64,000 nucleotides of DNA from Candidatus Omnitrophota bacterium (GCA_041662125.1 JBAZTA010000001.1:518379-582378), one strand, 5' to 3'. Counted from the first letter of the stretch, positions 8,785 to 18,163 are shown. The notes: a model not told the origin generated them from the sequence alone. Numbers and translations are program-made.

Positions 8785-9714
8785 TTAAGGAGAAATTATT
8801 TTAAAAACCGCTTTTTCTATATCGGCACTGGTAAGGTTGTATTCTTTCATAAGTTCAGCCGGCTGGCCGGATTGGCCAAACCTGTTTCTTACTCCAACGC
8901 GGATAACTTTGGTAGGATGATTCTCAGCCACCACTTCATCAACGCTTGAAGCCAGGCCGCCAATAACCGTGTGTTCTTCACATACGACGATCCCTTTGGT
9001 CTGGCGCGCCGCAGCTAAGATCGTTTCGGCATCCAGGGGGCGAATGGTATGAATATTGATCAAACGTGCCGAAATATTTTTCTTCAGCAGGCTCTCCACC
9101 GCAACTAAGGCTTCATGAACCATGATCCCGCAGGCAATGATCGCGACATCATTACCCTGGGTCAAAACCTGAGCCTGGCCTAACTGAAATTTCCCTTTAT
9201 TTTCAATGGTCGTAACTTTCGGCCTTCCTAAACGGACATAAAACGGCCCTTTGTTGTGAGCCGCGGCGATCACTGCTTCGCGTGTCTGAGGGCCGTCACA
9301 GGGAGCCAGGATATTCATATTCGGGATCACGCGCATAAGCGCGATATCTTCCAACGCCTGGTGGCTTGCCCCATCCGGGCCGACACTGACACCGGCGTGC
9401 GTAGCAACAATATTAATATTAAAATTATTATAGGCGATACTATTTCTGATCTGATCCCAGGCCCTGCCGGTAGCAAATATCGCGAAGGTAGAGGCGAATA
9501 CGATCTTCCCGCAGCTTGCCAGGCCGCTGGCAACAGCCATCATATTCTGCTCAGCAACTCCCATATTGAAAAAACGTTCGGGATATTCCTTGGCAAACAA
9601 GCCGGTACGCGTGGAACTGGATAAATCAGAATCTAAAACAACGATGTTTTTATTCTCTTTACCCAGCTCGACTAATGTCTGGCCGTATACATCTCTTTGG
9701 TATAATTGTTCCAT
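8785..9714 (-). CDS. Transketolase, C-terminal (pyrimidine-binding) subunit
   Basis: Split-type transketolase subunit B (FNMGVAEQNMMAVASGLA ... VATHAGVSVGPDGASHQALEDIA). Confidence 0.92.
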   Translation of the reverse strand: MEQLYQRDVYGQTLVELGKENKNIVVLDSDLSSSTRTGLFAKEYPERFFNMGVAEQNMMAVASGLASCGKIVFASTFAIFATGRAWDQIRNSIAYNNFNINIVATHAGVSVGPDGASHQALEDIALMRVIPNMNILAPCDGPQTREAVIAAAHNKGPFYVRLGRPKVTTIENKGKFQLGQAQVLTQGNDVAIIACGIMVHEALVAVESLLKKNISARLINIHTIRPLDAETILAAARQTKGIVVCEEHTVIGGLASSVDEVVAENHPTKVIRVGVRNRFGQSGQPAELMKEYNLTSADIEKAVFKIISP

Positions 9715-9719
9715 CTCAG

Positions 9720-10541
9720 TTATGCAAGTTCTCTTAACGCCTGTTCGGTTTCTTCTTTGGTGGGGGTACGGCCGTGGAAATCAACCACATTCTCCATAAA
9801 AGAAACCCCTTTGCCTTTAATTGTATGGGCGATGATAATAGACGGCTTTCCTTTTACGGACTGCGCCTGATCATACGCCTCTAAGACCTGTTGCATTACA
9901 TGGCCGTTTATTTCAATGGTGTGCCACCCAAATGCCTGCCATTTTGCGACAACCGGCTCCAGGTTCATAACATCTTTTGTCATACCGTCGATTTGATACC
10001 CGTTGTAATCCAGGATACCGCAGAGATTATCGCAATGGTAGTGGGCCGCAGCCATAGCCGCTTCCCAAATATTGCCTTCTTGTATTTCCCCGTCACCCAT
10101 CAAACAATAAACGCGGTAACCTTTCTTATCGATCTTTGCCGCCAGGCTCATGCCAACCGCAATTGATAACCCCTGCCCGAGCGAACCTGACGCGACATTG
10201 ATCCCGGGAGTACGCCGATCAGGATGCCCCTGCAACAAAGAACCCAGTTGCCGTAACGTCATAAGCTTTTCAAGAGGGAAATACCCCGATTCAGCAAGAA
10301 CCGCGTACAACAAAGGACAGCAATGCCCTTTTGACAAATGGAAACGGTCGCTATCCGTAGCCAATGGAATTTTAGGGTCATGACGCATCACCGCGAAATA
10401 TAACGCGGTGATCAAATCCGTCGCCGAAAGGCTGCCCCCCGGATGGCCGGAACCTGCCTTAGCAAGCATTGAAACGATCAATCTACGGACCTGCTTTGCT
10501 TTAGCTTCTAATTCTTTAATCTTAGTGTCGGAATACGCCAT
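9720..10541 (-). CDS. Transketolase, N-terminal (TPP-binding) subunit
   Basis: GHPGGSLSATDLITALYF and GSLGQGLSIAVGMSLA...CLMGDGEIQEGNIWEA TPP-binding motifs. Confidence 0.92.
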   Translation of the reverse strand: MAYSDTKIKELEAKAKQVRRLIVSMLAKAGSGHPGGSLSATDLITALYFAVMRHDPKIPLATDSDRFHLSKGHCCPLLYAVLAESGYFPLEKLMTLRQLGSLLQGHPDRRTPGINVASGSLGQGLSIAVGMSLAAKIDKKGYRVYCLMGDGEIQEGNIWEAAMAAAHYHCDNLCGILDYNGYQIDGMTKDVMNLEPVVAKWQAFGWHTIEINGHVMQQVLEAYDQAQSVKGKPSIIIAHTIKGKGVSFMENVVDFHGRTPTKEETEQALRELA

Positions 10542-10576
10542 CAGAATAATTATTTCTCAAACGCCCTGCGCTCATA

Positions 10577-11584
10577 TTATTGCACTACCGGCGCAGACCC
10601 ATTTTTAGTTATTTCCTGATTCAATTTATCCAATTTCTGCTTAATCTGCTCCTGCTTTGAATCTATGATCAAGGATTTTTCCCAGCTTGTTTTAGCGTTC
10701 TGACGGTCTTGGAGCTTCAAATAAGCATCCCCTAAATGGTCATAGATAACATGGTCTTCTAATAACGTGCTGGCTTTCTTTAATTCCTGGACCGCGTCGA
10801 TGAATTTGCCTTGTTTAAAATAAAGCCAGCCTAAACTATCAATATATGCCCCATTTTCAGGCTCAAGAGTCAGAGCCTTCCTTATCAACCCTTCAGCGAT
10901 ATCAAAATTCTTGTTTTCTTCAATATAAAGATACCCGAGATAATTTAACGCTTCGGCATAATCAGGGCGTAATTCAATAGCTTTCTTGAGCTCCGTGATA
11001 GTTTCATCCCGGTTCTTTAACTCATCATAAATATTTGCCATGTAAAAATGCGCTTCACTATCAGCAGGTGATAAGTCAAGTATCAGCCGATAGGTATTTT
11101 GAGCGTCTTTAAACTTCTTCTGACGCAGATAAACGATCCCTAAACTTTTATAAACGTCTATATTCTTAGGCTCGATCTTGGAGGCATTCTTAAGCGCGAT
11201 CTCATATTCCACGGTAGCCAGGTCAGGTTTGCCTTGAGAAAAATAAAGGAGCGCCAAAACAGCATGCGGCTCTATAGCTTCCTCATCATATTTAATGGCA
11301 AGGTTTAGCTCAAGCGTAGCTTTGGAAGCGTCGTTTTGCCTTAAATAACAAAGCGCCAGGTTTAAATGGATCAAAGCATTCCTGGGGTCTAAATCTAAGG
11401 CTTTTTTATACTCAGAAACCGCTTCTTCGGTATCGCCTGACTGCTCATGCATAGAAGCCATAATATAATGAGTCAGGGTCAGCGATAACCGTTTATCTAA
11501 CGCAAAAACGCTTGTCGAACTGCACAGCGCTATGGAAAGGCAACATAAGAATAAAGAAACGCGTCTTTTTAACTTAGGAAGCAT
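10577..11584 (-). CDS. TPR-repeat protein with an N-terminal signal peptide
   Basis: Multiple tetratricopeptide repeats (AL.LDP....A...LA..Y pattern). There is a hydrophobic N-terminus after the MLPKLKRR Met, but the start is uncertain. Confidence 0.7.
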   Translation of the reverse strand: MLPKLKRRVSLFLCCLSIALCSSTSVFALDKRLSLTLTHYIMASMHEQSGDTEEAVSEYKKALDLDPRNALIHLNLALCYLRQNDASKATLELNLAIKYDEEAIEPHAVLALLYFSQGKPDLATVEYEIALKNASKIEPKNIDVYKSLGIVYLRQKKFKDAQNTYRLILDLSPADSEAHFYMANIYDELKNRDETITELKKAIELRPDYAEALNYLGYLYIEENKNFDIAEGLIRKALTLEPENGAYIDSLGWLYFKQGKFIDAVQELKKASTLLEDHVIYDHLGDAYLKLQDRQNAKTSWEKSLIIDSKQEQIKQKLDKLNQEITKNGSAPVVQ

Positions 11585-11758
11585 ACTCAAGAACGCTTCA
11601 CCGGCACGCCAGTGATAGCGTATTCCCAACGAATTTTTATGATCCTTTTAGGCAAAAACAAAGTACCTAAGAAGAACAAAATATTTCTTCGAGAACCCGC
11701 GCTTTTAAGACAAACCTCTTGCCTTATCAGCTAAACGGGCGTTCTTTCGATCTACGAA

Positions 11759-11860
11759 TTAGCTCCAATTTCTCTTCTTCAAATGGCGCAGCTTGCGACG
11801 CATCTTTTTTCTTTTATGCGTCTTGATCTTCTGTCTTTTTCTTTTCTTACCGCACGGCAT
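11759..11860 (-). CDS. 33-aa highly basic peptide, bS22-like ribosomal protein candidate (MPCGKKRKRQKIKTHKRKKMRRKLRHLKKRNWS)
   Basis: The ORF is below the 60-aa track threshold. A perfect Shine-Dalgarno GAGGAGG sits 5 nt upstream of the ATG. Its composition and KRKR..HKRKK..RRKL pattern resemble bS22-family micro-proteins. Confidence 0.55.
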   Translation of the reverse strand: MPCGKKRKRQKIKTHKRKKMRRKLRHLKKRNWS

Positions 11861-11884
11861 TACTTCCTCCTCGATAATACAATC

Positions 11885-12766
11885 TTAATAAATTACCTTG
11901 TTCAAAGGATATTCAATGATCCCCTCTGCTCCGGCTTTCTTTAATTCGGGGATCAATTGCCTGACAACCTTTTCATCAATCACCGTCTCCAGCGCGAACC
12001 ACCCCGTTTCAGAAAGCCCTGAAACGGTAGGATTCTTTAAGGCAGGGAGAACAGCGATAACTCTTGCAAGGTCCTTTTTCCTGACATTCATCTTCAAACC
12101 GACTTTTTCTTCAGCAGCAATCGCCCCTTTTAATAAAACAGAGATCTGCTCCATTTTATCCTTCTTCCAGCTATCTTTAACCGCCGTCTTATTGGCGATA
12201 AATTGCGTGGTTGATTCACAGATAGTGGCGATTTCAACTAATTTATTCGCCCGCAGGCTCCTGCCGGTTTCTGTCAGCTCCACAATAGCATCGACGAGGC
12301 CAGAACTTACCTTGACTTCAGTCGCTCCCCAGCTAAATTCCACATCGACTTTAACCTTATGCTGGGCGAAAAAATCCCTGGTGACACCGACAAGCTCGGT
12401 AGCAATACGCTTATTATGCAGATCCCGGACCGTTTTCATCCCTGAATTCTCCGGAACTGCCAAAACCCAGCGGACCTTGCTTAAACTCTGCTTGGAATAC
12501 ATTAAATCGGTGATACGATAAACTGAAGACTTATTTTCCATGATCCAATCATTTCCGGTAACACCACAATCCAAAACCCCCTCCTGGACATACCGAGACA
12601 TCTCCTGTGCCCGCAATAAAATCGCTTCTATTTCCGGGTCATCGACCGAAGGAAAATACGAACGCTCAGACGATAAAGAAACATTAAAACCGGCTTTCTT
12701 AAACATCCTGAATGTCGACTCCTGAAGACTCCCCTTAGGGAGCCCGAGTTTTAATATTTTTTTCAT
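11885..12766 (-). CDS. hisG: ATP phosphoribosyltransferase, long form
   Basis: 293 aa with a HisG catalytic domain ([10 protein letters not shown]..., [17 protein letters not shown]) plus a C-terminal regulatory domain. Confidence 0.92.
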   Translation of the reverse strand: MKKILKLGLPKGSLQESTFRMFKKAGFNVSLSSERSYFPSVDDPEIEAILLRAQEMSRYVQEGVLDCGVTGNDWIMENKSSVYRITDLMYSKQSLSKVRWVLAVPENSGMKTVRDLHNKRIATELVGVTRDFFAQHKVKVDVEFSWGATEVKVSSGLVDAIVELTETGRSLRANKLVEIATICESTTQFIANKTAVKDSWKKDKMEQISVLLKGAIAAEEKVGLKMNVRKKDLARVIAVLPALKNPTVSGLSETGWFALETVIDEKVVRQLIPELKKAGAEGIIEYPLNKVIY

Positions 12767-13018
12767 CGCATCCTACTGTTAGCCACAGGCGTGGGACTTA
12801 CTTAAAAGAGAATAAACCATCACCGGATAAAAACGCTCAATGATGCCAAATTTAACACGGCATGTTATTATACAAGGTGTGTAATAATTTGTAAAGAAAA
12901 AATTGCAAAAACTAAAATTTCCCTTATAATAAATCTTTATAGCTTTCAAGCGCTTAGAGGACACATAAGCGCACACTCATCTAAACTTCACGATACTTGC
13001 CCACAGGGAGGAATTTCA

Positions 13019-14434
13019 ATGTTTAAGCTGTTACGTAACAAGAAAACCCAGAAAACAATCTGGATTATATTAGCAATTATTATCGTTCCGGCGTTTATTT
13101 TCTGGGGCTCAAGCAGCATGGTGCGCAACCCCGGAGAAAACACAAGCTTCTCCCTTAAGATTTTCGGAAAGGACATTCCTTATGCCGCCTATCAGGATTC
13201 ACTGGCAGCGGTGCGCAACCAGGCACTGCTCCAATTTGGAGAAAGTTTTGACCAAATGCAGAAATTCCTGAATTTAGAAAGGCAGGCAATCGAACGGCTG
13301 GTCTTAATCAGCGAAGCAGGCAAACGCAAAATAAAGGTCAGCGACAAAGAAGTCGTCGATTTTATTCAGGCGTTTGCGCCTTTTCAAAACAAAGGACAGT
13401 TTGACAACCGGGCATACGCATACATACTGCAATATGTATTCCGCACCCAACCCCGGATATTTGAAGAACAAACCAGGCAAAACCTGACGATAGCAAAACT
13501 TTATGAAACTATTACGAAAAACGTAACCGTGAGCGATCAGGAAGTCAAAGACGCCTACGCGAAAGAAAACGAACAAATAAGCATCAGCTATATCGCCAGC
13601 CTATACGCTGACTTTACAAAAGAGGCCACAGCAACCGATGAAGAATTAAAGGATTATTTTTCAAAGAACTCGCTTTCTTTTAAGCAACCGCTTTCATTCA
13701 ACACCTCCTACATTGTTTTTGAGAACGAAAACCAGCAAAATGATATTACCACCAGGATCAACAAAGAGAAAAGCCTGGAAAAAGCTGTATCAGGATTAAA
13801 CCTTACCATCCAGGAAACAGGACTATTCAGCCAGGTAGACCCTATTCCGGGAATCGGCTGGAGCCCTCAGATTACTTCGATCATTTCAAAACTTGATCTA
13901 GGGCAAATCTCAAACGTCATCCCCTTCGATAAAAAATTCTATATATTCCAGCTTAAAGAGCGAAAAGACCCTTACATTCCCGATTTTGAAGCTATAAAAG
14001 AAAAGGTAAAAGAAACTGTTATTAAAAACAAGGCAAAGAATATCGCGAAAACAAAAGCTGAAAACTGCTTAACAATACTCCGGGATGCCGCGAAAATAAG
14101 CCTTAAAACAATCGATTTCGACAAGATCAGTAAAGACGCAGGGCTAAAATCAGGGACAACCGCCCCTTTTAAATTCAGCAGCTATATCGAAAACATAGGC
14201 GCCTCTGACGAATTCTATACCGCGGCGCAGTCATTAAAAGAAGACGAATTCAGCGCGGTCATCGATTCCCCGTCCGGGTACTTCATCATCAAGGCAAAAT
14301 CGAAGATACCCGTTGATGAAACAAAGTTTAAAGCAGAAAAAGAGGAATTTACGCAAAAACTTTTGTCGGGAAAGAAACAAAATGATTTCTCAAAGTTTGC
14401 CGAAGAATTAATGAAAAAGGCGCAGGCAGGATAA
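13019..14434 (+). CDS. Periplasmic chaperone PpiD-like (SurA N-terminal domain protein with a degenerate PPIase domain)
   Basis: N-terminal TM anchor (IWIILAIIIVPAFIFW), a SurA_N-like domain and a rotamase-like C-terminal region. GGGAGG RBS 7 nt upstream of the ATG. It is the only plus-strand gene in this part of the window. Confidence 0.75.
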   Translation: MFKLLRNKKTQKTIWIILAIIIVPAFIFWGSSSMVRNPGENTSFSLKIFGKDIPYAAYQDSLAAVRNQALLQFGESFDQMQKFLNLERQAIERLVLISEAGKRKIKVSDKEVVDFIQAFAPFQNKGQFDNRAYAYILQYVFRTQPRIFEEQTRQNLTIAKLYETITKNVTVSDQEVKDAYAKENEQISISYIASLYADFTKEATATDEELKDYFSKNSLSFKQPLSFNTSYIVFENENQQNDITTRINKEKSLEKAVSGLNLTIQETGLFSQVDPIPGIGWSPQITSIISKLDLGQISNVIPFDKKFYIFQLKERKDPYIPDFEAIKEKVKETVIKNKAKNIAKTKAENCLTILRDAAKISLKTIDFDKISKDAGLKSGTTAPFKFSSYIENIGASDEFYTAAQSLKEDEFSAVIDSPSGYFIIKAKSKIPVDETKFKAEKEEFTQKLLSGKKQNDFSKFAEELMKKAQAG

Positions 14435-14451
14435 ATCGGTTTAGAAAAAAG

Positions 14452-14502
14452 AAAAAGCCCTGTTTTCGTATCGGATCACGATATAAAACAGGGCTTTTTC
14501 TT
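14452..14502. terminator. Bidirectional rho-independent terminator between convergent ppiD-like and ferredoxin/por genes
   Basis: Hairpin aagccctgtttt...aaaacagggctt with T-tracts on both strands. Confidence 0.8.
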
Positions 14503-14512
14503 AAAACGGCCC

Positions 14513-14695
14513 TTAACTTACTTTTATGGAATTAACCGGGCACTGCTCGGCTATTTCGGCGAGATTATGAGTTGAACATACCTGGGCTTTCACATGAGCT
14601 ATACCATCACCCTGGACTTCAAAAACCTCAGGACAAGCCTGCTCACATAAACCACAACCAACACAAGTCGAAGCATCAACGCTAACTTTTGCCAT
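14513..14695 (-). CDS. 4Fe-4S ferredoxin (small single-cluster type)
   Basis: 60 aa with CVGCGLCEQACP plus a distal C....CP motif. Confidence 0.85.
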   Translation of the reverse strand: MAKVSVDASTCVGCGLCEQACPEVFEVQGDGIAHVKAQVCSTHNLAEIAEQCPVNSIKVS

Positions 14696-14729
14696 TGTAT
14701 TATCCCCCCTTGGAATGAATATAACCTTT

Positions 14730-15620
14730 TTAAGCCGCTGGCGGCACAGCTTCTATCTTAAGGTTATATTTTTTAATATTATTATCAGCGACTTCCTGGA
14801 TCTTCTTGACCAGGTCAACATTATTCAACAAATGCTTAAATCTTCCCTGCGTCTTCAAATATTCTTCCACCGGGAGACATTTGATCTGCCTTTTAGAAAC
14901 CAGAACCCCATTTTCATATTCAAAAATCGGATATAAACCAGTTTCGACCGCTAATTTCGCGATATCAAAAGTCCCTTTCGATTCATGGCGCCACCCCAAC
15001 GGGCACGGCACATGGATCTGGATATATTTCGGGCCTTTGATGGATAATGCTTTTTTCACCTTACGCTGAATGTCCTGGGGATAACCTACTGTTGCGGTAG
15101 CAACGTAGGGAATCCCGTGCGCGAGGACGATTTCAGGCATTGGTTTCTTAGGACGCAGATTCCCCACAGAATTACTGCCAATAGGGCTCGTTGATGTGTT
15201 CGCCTCAAAAGGCGTCAGGCCGCTACGCTGAACGCCGGTATTCATATATGCTTCATTGTCATAACAGACATACAAAATATCATGCCCGCGTTCCAGCATG
15301 CCGGAAAGCGCTTGTAACCCGATATCAGCTGTCCCGCCGTCACCGCCTTGGGCAATAACATTGATCCCCTCTTTTTTCCCCAAGTAACGTAAAGCTGCCT
15401 CTACCCCAGAAGCAACTGCGGCGCAATTTTCAAACAAAGAGTGGATAAACGGGACTCCCCAGGCAGACTCAGGATATTTAGTAGAGAATACTTCAAGGCA
15501 TCCGGTATTATTCGCTACGATAGTATTCGGGCCGCTGGCATCAACAACCAAACGCGCCGCTATTGACTGCCCGCAACCGGAACATGCGGTATGGCCACTG
15601 ACAAATAAATGTTTACTCAT
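14730..15620 (-). CDS. porB: Pyruvate/2-oxoacid:ferredoxin oxidoreductase, beta (TPP-binding) subunit
   Basis: GHTACSGCGQ and GGDGGTADIG TPP-binding motifs. Confidence 0.92.
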   Translation of the reverse strand: MSKHLFVSGHTACSGCGQSIAARLVVDASGPNTIVANNTGCLEVFSTKYPESAWGVPFIHSLFENCAAVASGVEAALRYLGKKEGINVIAQGGDGGTADIGLQALSGMLERGHDILYVCYDNEAYMNTGVQRSGLTPFEANTSTSPIGSNSVGNLRPKKPMPEIVLAHGIPYVATATVGYPQDIQRKVKKALSIKGPKYIQIHVPCPLGWRHESKGTFDIAKLAVETGLYPIFEYENGVLVSKRQIKCLPVEEYLKTQGRFKHLLNNVDLVKKIQEVADNNIKKYNLKIEAVPPAA

Positions 15621-16794
15621 ATTTTTCCTTTAATAACTCTGGTTTTAAATCAATAAATTCCAAACAACGCTCTTTCGGCGTAAGCAAACGAAAAACCTCT
15701 TTAATCGAATTCCTGGTAATATCGCGCCCGCCCAAACCAACCACAAAACTGCTGATCACCCCCGGCTGTTTCTTTTTTCCGAAAAACACAGCCTTGATCT
15801 CTGAAGAAAGCGGCGCATACGAACCTAAAGACAATGCCCGGTCCAGAACAGCAACTTTAGGGATATTTTTCAAAGCTTCATAGATCTGCGCTGAAGGAAA
15901 CGGACGATAGGAAGTGATCTTAAGCAATCCGACTTTTTTACCTTTTGCCCGCAATTCATCAACAACATCCTTAACAGTCCCGCAGACAGACCCCATTGCT
16001 ACGATCACCCGCTCGGCATCTTTCGTCCGGTATTCTTCGATAAGCCCGTTATAGGTACGGCCAAAAACCTTTGAGAATTCAGCGGTGATCTTCGGTATCA
16101 ATTCCAAGGCCTGCTTCTGCGTCTCTTGGATCGCGTAACGTGCTTCCGTATAATAATCAGGATCAGCCAATGGCCCGAGTGTCGCCGGATTTTCAACATC
16201 CAATTTATACAACGGCTTGTAAGGAGGCAGGAACTTATCAACCTGCTCCTGTGAAGGCATATCGACCGTTTCGATGCCATGCGTCAAAATAAACCCATCC
16301 ATACAAACCATAACGGGAAGCATGATCGATTTATCCTCAGCCAAGCGATAGCCGATAAAATGAAGATCAACTGCTTCCTGATTATCTTCCGCGTATAATT
16401 GTATCCAACCGGCATCACGCACGGAAATCGAATCCTGCTGGTCGTTCCAGATATTGATCGGCGCCGAAATAGCCCGGTTAGCGCACGTCATGACTAATGG
16501 CAGCCGCATACCGGCAATATTAAAAACCACTTCCGCCATAAGCAATAACCCTTGAGAACTGGTCGCGGTATACGCGCGGACTCCCGTCGCTACAGCCCCC
16601 AAAACAACCGACGCCGCTGAATGCTCTGATTCGACATTGACAAACTGCGTATTGAGTTCGTTGTCTGCCACAAATTGAGCTAACTCTTCAACAATATGCG
16701 TCTGAGGCGTAATCGGATAAGCAGAAATAACGCCGGGTTTACATAATTTTACTGCCTCTGCAACCGCTAATGAACCCTCTAGAAATTCTTTCAT
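15613..16794 (-). CDS. porA: Pyruvate/2-oxoacid:ferredoxin oxidoreductase, alpha subunit
   Basis: 393 aa of PFOR domains I/II. It lies between the delta and beta subunits. Confidence 0.9.
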   Translation of the reverse strand: MKEFLEGSLAVAEAVKLCKPGVISAYPITPQTHIVEELAQFVADNELNTQFVNVESEHSAASVVLGAVATGVRAYTATSSQGLLLMAEVVFNIAGMRLPLVMTCANRAISAPINIWNDQQDSISVRDAGWIQLYAEDNQEAVDLHFIGYRLAEDKSIMLPVMVCMDGFILTHGIETVDMPSQEQVDKFLPPYKPLYKLDVENPATLGPLADPDYYTEARYAIQETQKQALELIPKITAEFSKVFGRTYNGLIEEYRTKDAERVIVAMGSVCGTVKDVVDELRAKGKKVGLLKITSYRPFPSAQIYEALKNIPKVAVLDRALSLGSYAPLSSEIKAVFFGKKKQPGVISSFVVGLGGRDITRNSIKEVFRLLTPKERCLEFIDLKPELLKEKYE

Positions 16795-16796
16795 AT

Positions 16797-17096
16797 CTAA
16801 TCCTTTTCTTCCTCTTTTATCATTTCGATATCTTTTTTAGGGCAAATCACCGCGCAGCTTCCGCACCCTTTACAGTAAGCAAAATCACAGCGATACGTAT
16901 TCTTTTCTTCCCCTTCAATGCATGCCTCCGGGCAAATTAAAACACACAACTTACAGGCAATACAATTCTTCTGAAGGAATTTGGGGCGCACCTCAACCCT
17001 CCATGAACCTGTTTTGTTATTCTTACTTGAACCTGGCTTTGAAACAAGAGGACCAAACATGTCAATTCTCCTATAATTTTGCTTTGATAAACTCAT
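16797..17096 (-). CDS. porD: Pyruvate:ferredoxin oxidoreductase delta subunit (2x[4Fe-4S] ferredoxin-like)
   Basis: CIACKLCVLICPEAC and CKGCGSCAVICP motifs. Confidence 0.9.
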   Translation of the reverse strand: MSLSKQNYRRIDMFGPLVSKPGSSKNNKTGSWRVEVRPKFLQKNCIACKLCVLICPEACIEGEEKNTYRCDFAYCKGCGSCAVICPKKDIEMIKEEEKD

Positions 17097-17616
17097 AGCC
17101 CTGTTTCACAGCATCAATATTGCCTGCCTGGGCTTTACCCGCGAACCTCTTCTTTATTGCCTCAACTAAAGTATCTAAGCTAATTTCTCCGGTAGCAGCA
17201 GCATAAGCTCCAAGCAAAGCAGTATTACCTAACGGCCTGCCGATTGTTTTCATGGCAATCTCATTGGCGGAAATACAATAGACTTTCTGTGTTGCCTTTA
17301 TTTTAGGAAGTTGGAAACCTTCTTTAGCGTTAACAATAGCAATACCATTATCTTTCAACCCTGAAAAACAGTTAAAACCGCGCATCAAGGTAGAATCGAC
17401 AATAATCACATAATCAGGTTCATAAACCTGGCTTCGTAACCGCACCGGCTTAGAATCCACACGCACAAAAGCGTTCATGGGTGCGCCCATACGTGCCGCG
17501 CCAAAATGGGGAAAAGCGTAAGGGTAACTGCCCTGATGAAAATAAGCATACCCTAATAAAGATGCCGTGGTTATCGCACCTTGCCCCGCGCGGGCATGAA
17601 TGCGTATCTCTTTCAT
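17071..17616 (-). CDS. porG: Pyruvate:ferredoxin oxidoreductase gamma subunit
   Basis: MKEIRIHARAGQGAITTASLLGYA is typical of PorG. It is the first gene of the porGDAB order. Confidence 0.9.
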   Translation of the reverse strand: MKEIRIHARAGQGAITTASLLGYAYFHQGSYPYAFPHFGAARMGAPMNAFVRVDSKPVRLRSQVYEPDYVIIVDSTLMRGFNCFSGLKDNGIAIVNAKEGFQLPKIKATQKVYCISANEIAMKTIGRPLGNTALLGAYAAATGEISLDTLVEAIKKRFAGKAQAGNIDAVKQGYEFIKAKL

Positions 17617-17751
17617 ATCTAAACTCCTTTTCTCTTGCAGTGGAACCCTTACAAACGAAAGTCAGGGATTCCTTACTTTTTGCTTCTTAGAGCGAACCCC
17701 TCCGAAGCAACACCGCTACTTTACTTGTCGATTTGCGTAGGAGGGTAAAAA

Positions 17752-17790
17752 CAGATTTTTATCTTATTACTTTTGGATACACTTGTCAAT
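17752..17790 (-). promoter_or_regulatory. Candidate sigma70-type promoter for the por operon (TTGACA-N17-TAAGAT on the minus strand)
   Basis: The plus-strand ttgtcaa at about 17780-17786 is the -35 in reverse complement. Only hexamer matching was done, with no transcript data. Confidence 0.3.
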
Positions 17791-17794
17791 TGAT

Positions 17795-18020
17795 TTTTTG
17801 CTGCAGAAAGCAGCACACCGGCGCAATTCCAATTAGCGCCGGGTGTAAGCAGGAAGCCGTACACCCGCGCAATACCAATTAGCGCGGGGTGTTGCGCAGC
17901 ACCCCAGCTAAATAGGTATGCTGGGTGCGCCCTTTCTGGGCAGAAAGCCGCACACCTGCGCAGAAAGCGCGCACTTGGCATCCGATAAGCCAAAGTGCGG
18001 CGCAATTCCAATTACCCGCT
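17795..18020. repeat. Cluster of at least 8 consecutive GC-rich hairpins: three of the conserved-loop family (17815-17846 aattccaatta; 17861-17892 aataccaatta; 17999-18019) plus four small GC-AGAAA-GC hairpins (17800-17814, 17938-17951, 17957-17973, and another at 18143-18158) and two others
   Basis: The inverted repeats were read directly. Loop sequences are conserved and the stems differ by compensatory changes (acaccggcgc/gcgccgggtgt versus acacccgcgc/gcgcggggtgt). Confidence 0.6.
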
Positions 18021-18027
18021 TAAAAAA

Positions 18028-18160
18028 ACCCGGTCTTGACATGTAACTTTTAAGTTATAGATAAGACCGGGTCTTAAAACGATACTCTATTTCAAGACCG
18101 GGACTTATTAATAATAAAAAACCACATTTCAAGTCCCGGTCTTGCCGCAGAAAGCCGCCC
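18028..18160. promoter_or_regulatory. Array of four AAGACCGGG-type palindromic half-sites / long inverted repeats (cccggtctt...aagaccgggtctt; caagaccgggactt-N26-aagtcccggtcttg)
   Basis: There is a perfect 14-bp inverted repeat, and agaccgggtct is itself a palindrome. The array lies in the long por-operon upstream region, so it is a candidate operator. Confidence 0.4.
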
Positions 18161-18163
18161 ACG

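Noticed and set aside
12779-13176. Two 60-65-aa minus-strand ORFs in the hisG / ppiD-like divergent intergenic region
   Set aside because: AT-rich promoter region. The ORFs have odd composition (Cys/Tyr/Phe-rich), no RBS, and overlap the start region of the ppiD-like gene.
17721-18011. 96-aa minus-strand ORF inside the hairpin cluster
   Set aside because: Its composition is driven by the GC-rich inverted repeats (Ala/Arg/Gly/Pro-rich). It has no RBS and lies in a region otherwise explained as structured non-coding DNA.
17617-18163. Known ncRNA (SRP RNA, RNase P, 6S, tmRNA) in the long intergenic region
   Set aside because: The conserved motifs were not found by eye on either strand: SRP domain IV GGAAGGAAGCAGC, the RNase P GGAAAGUCCGGGCUCC and the tmRNA tag ORF. 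Only a partial resemblance (agcaggaagcc) was seen.
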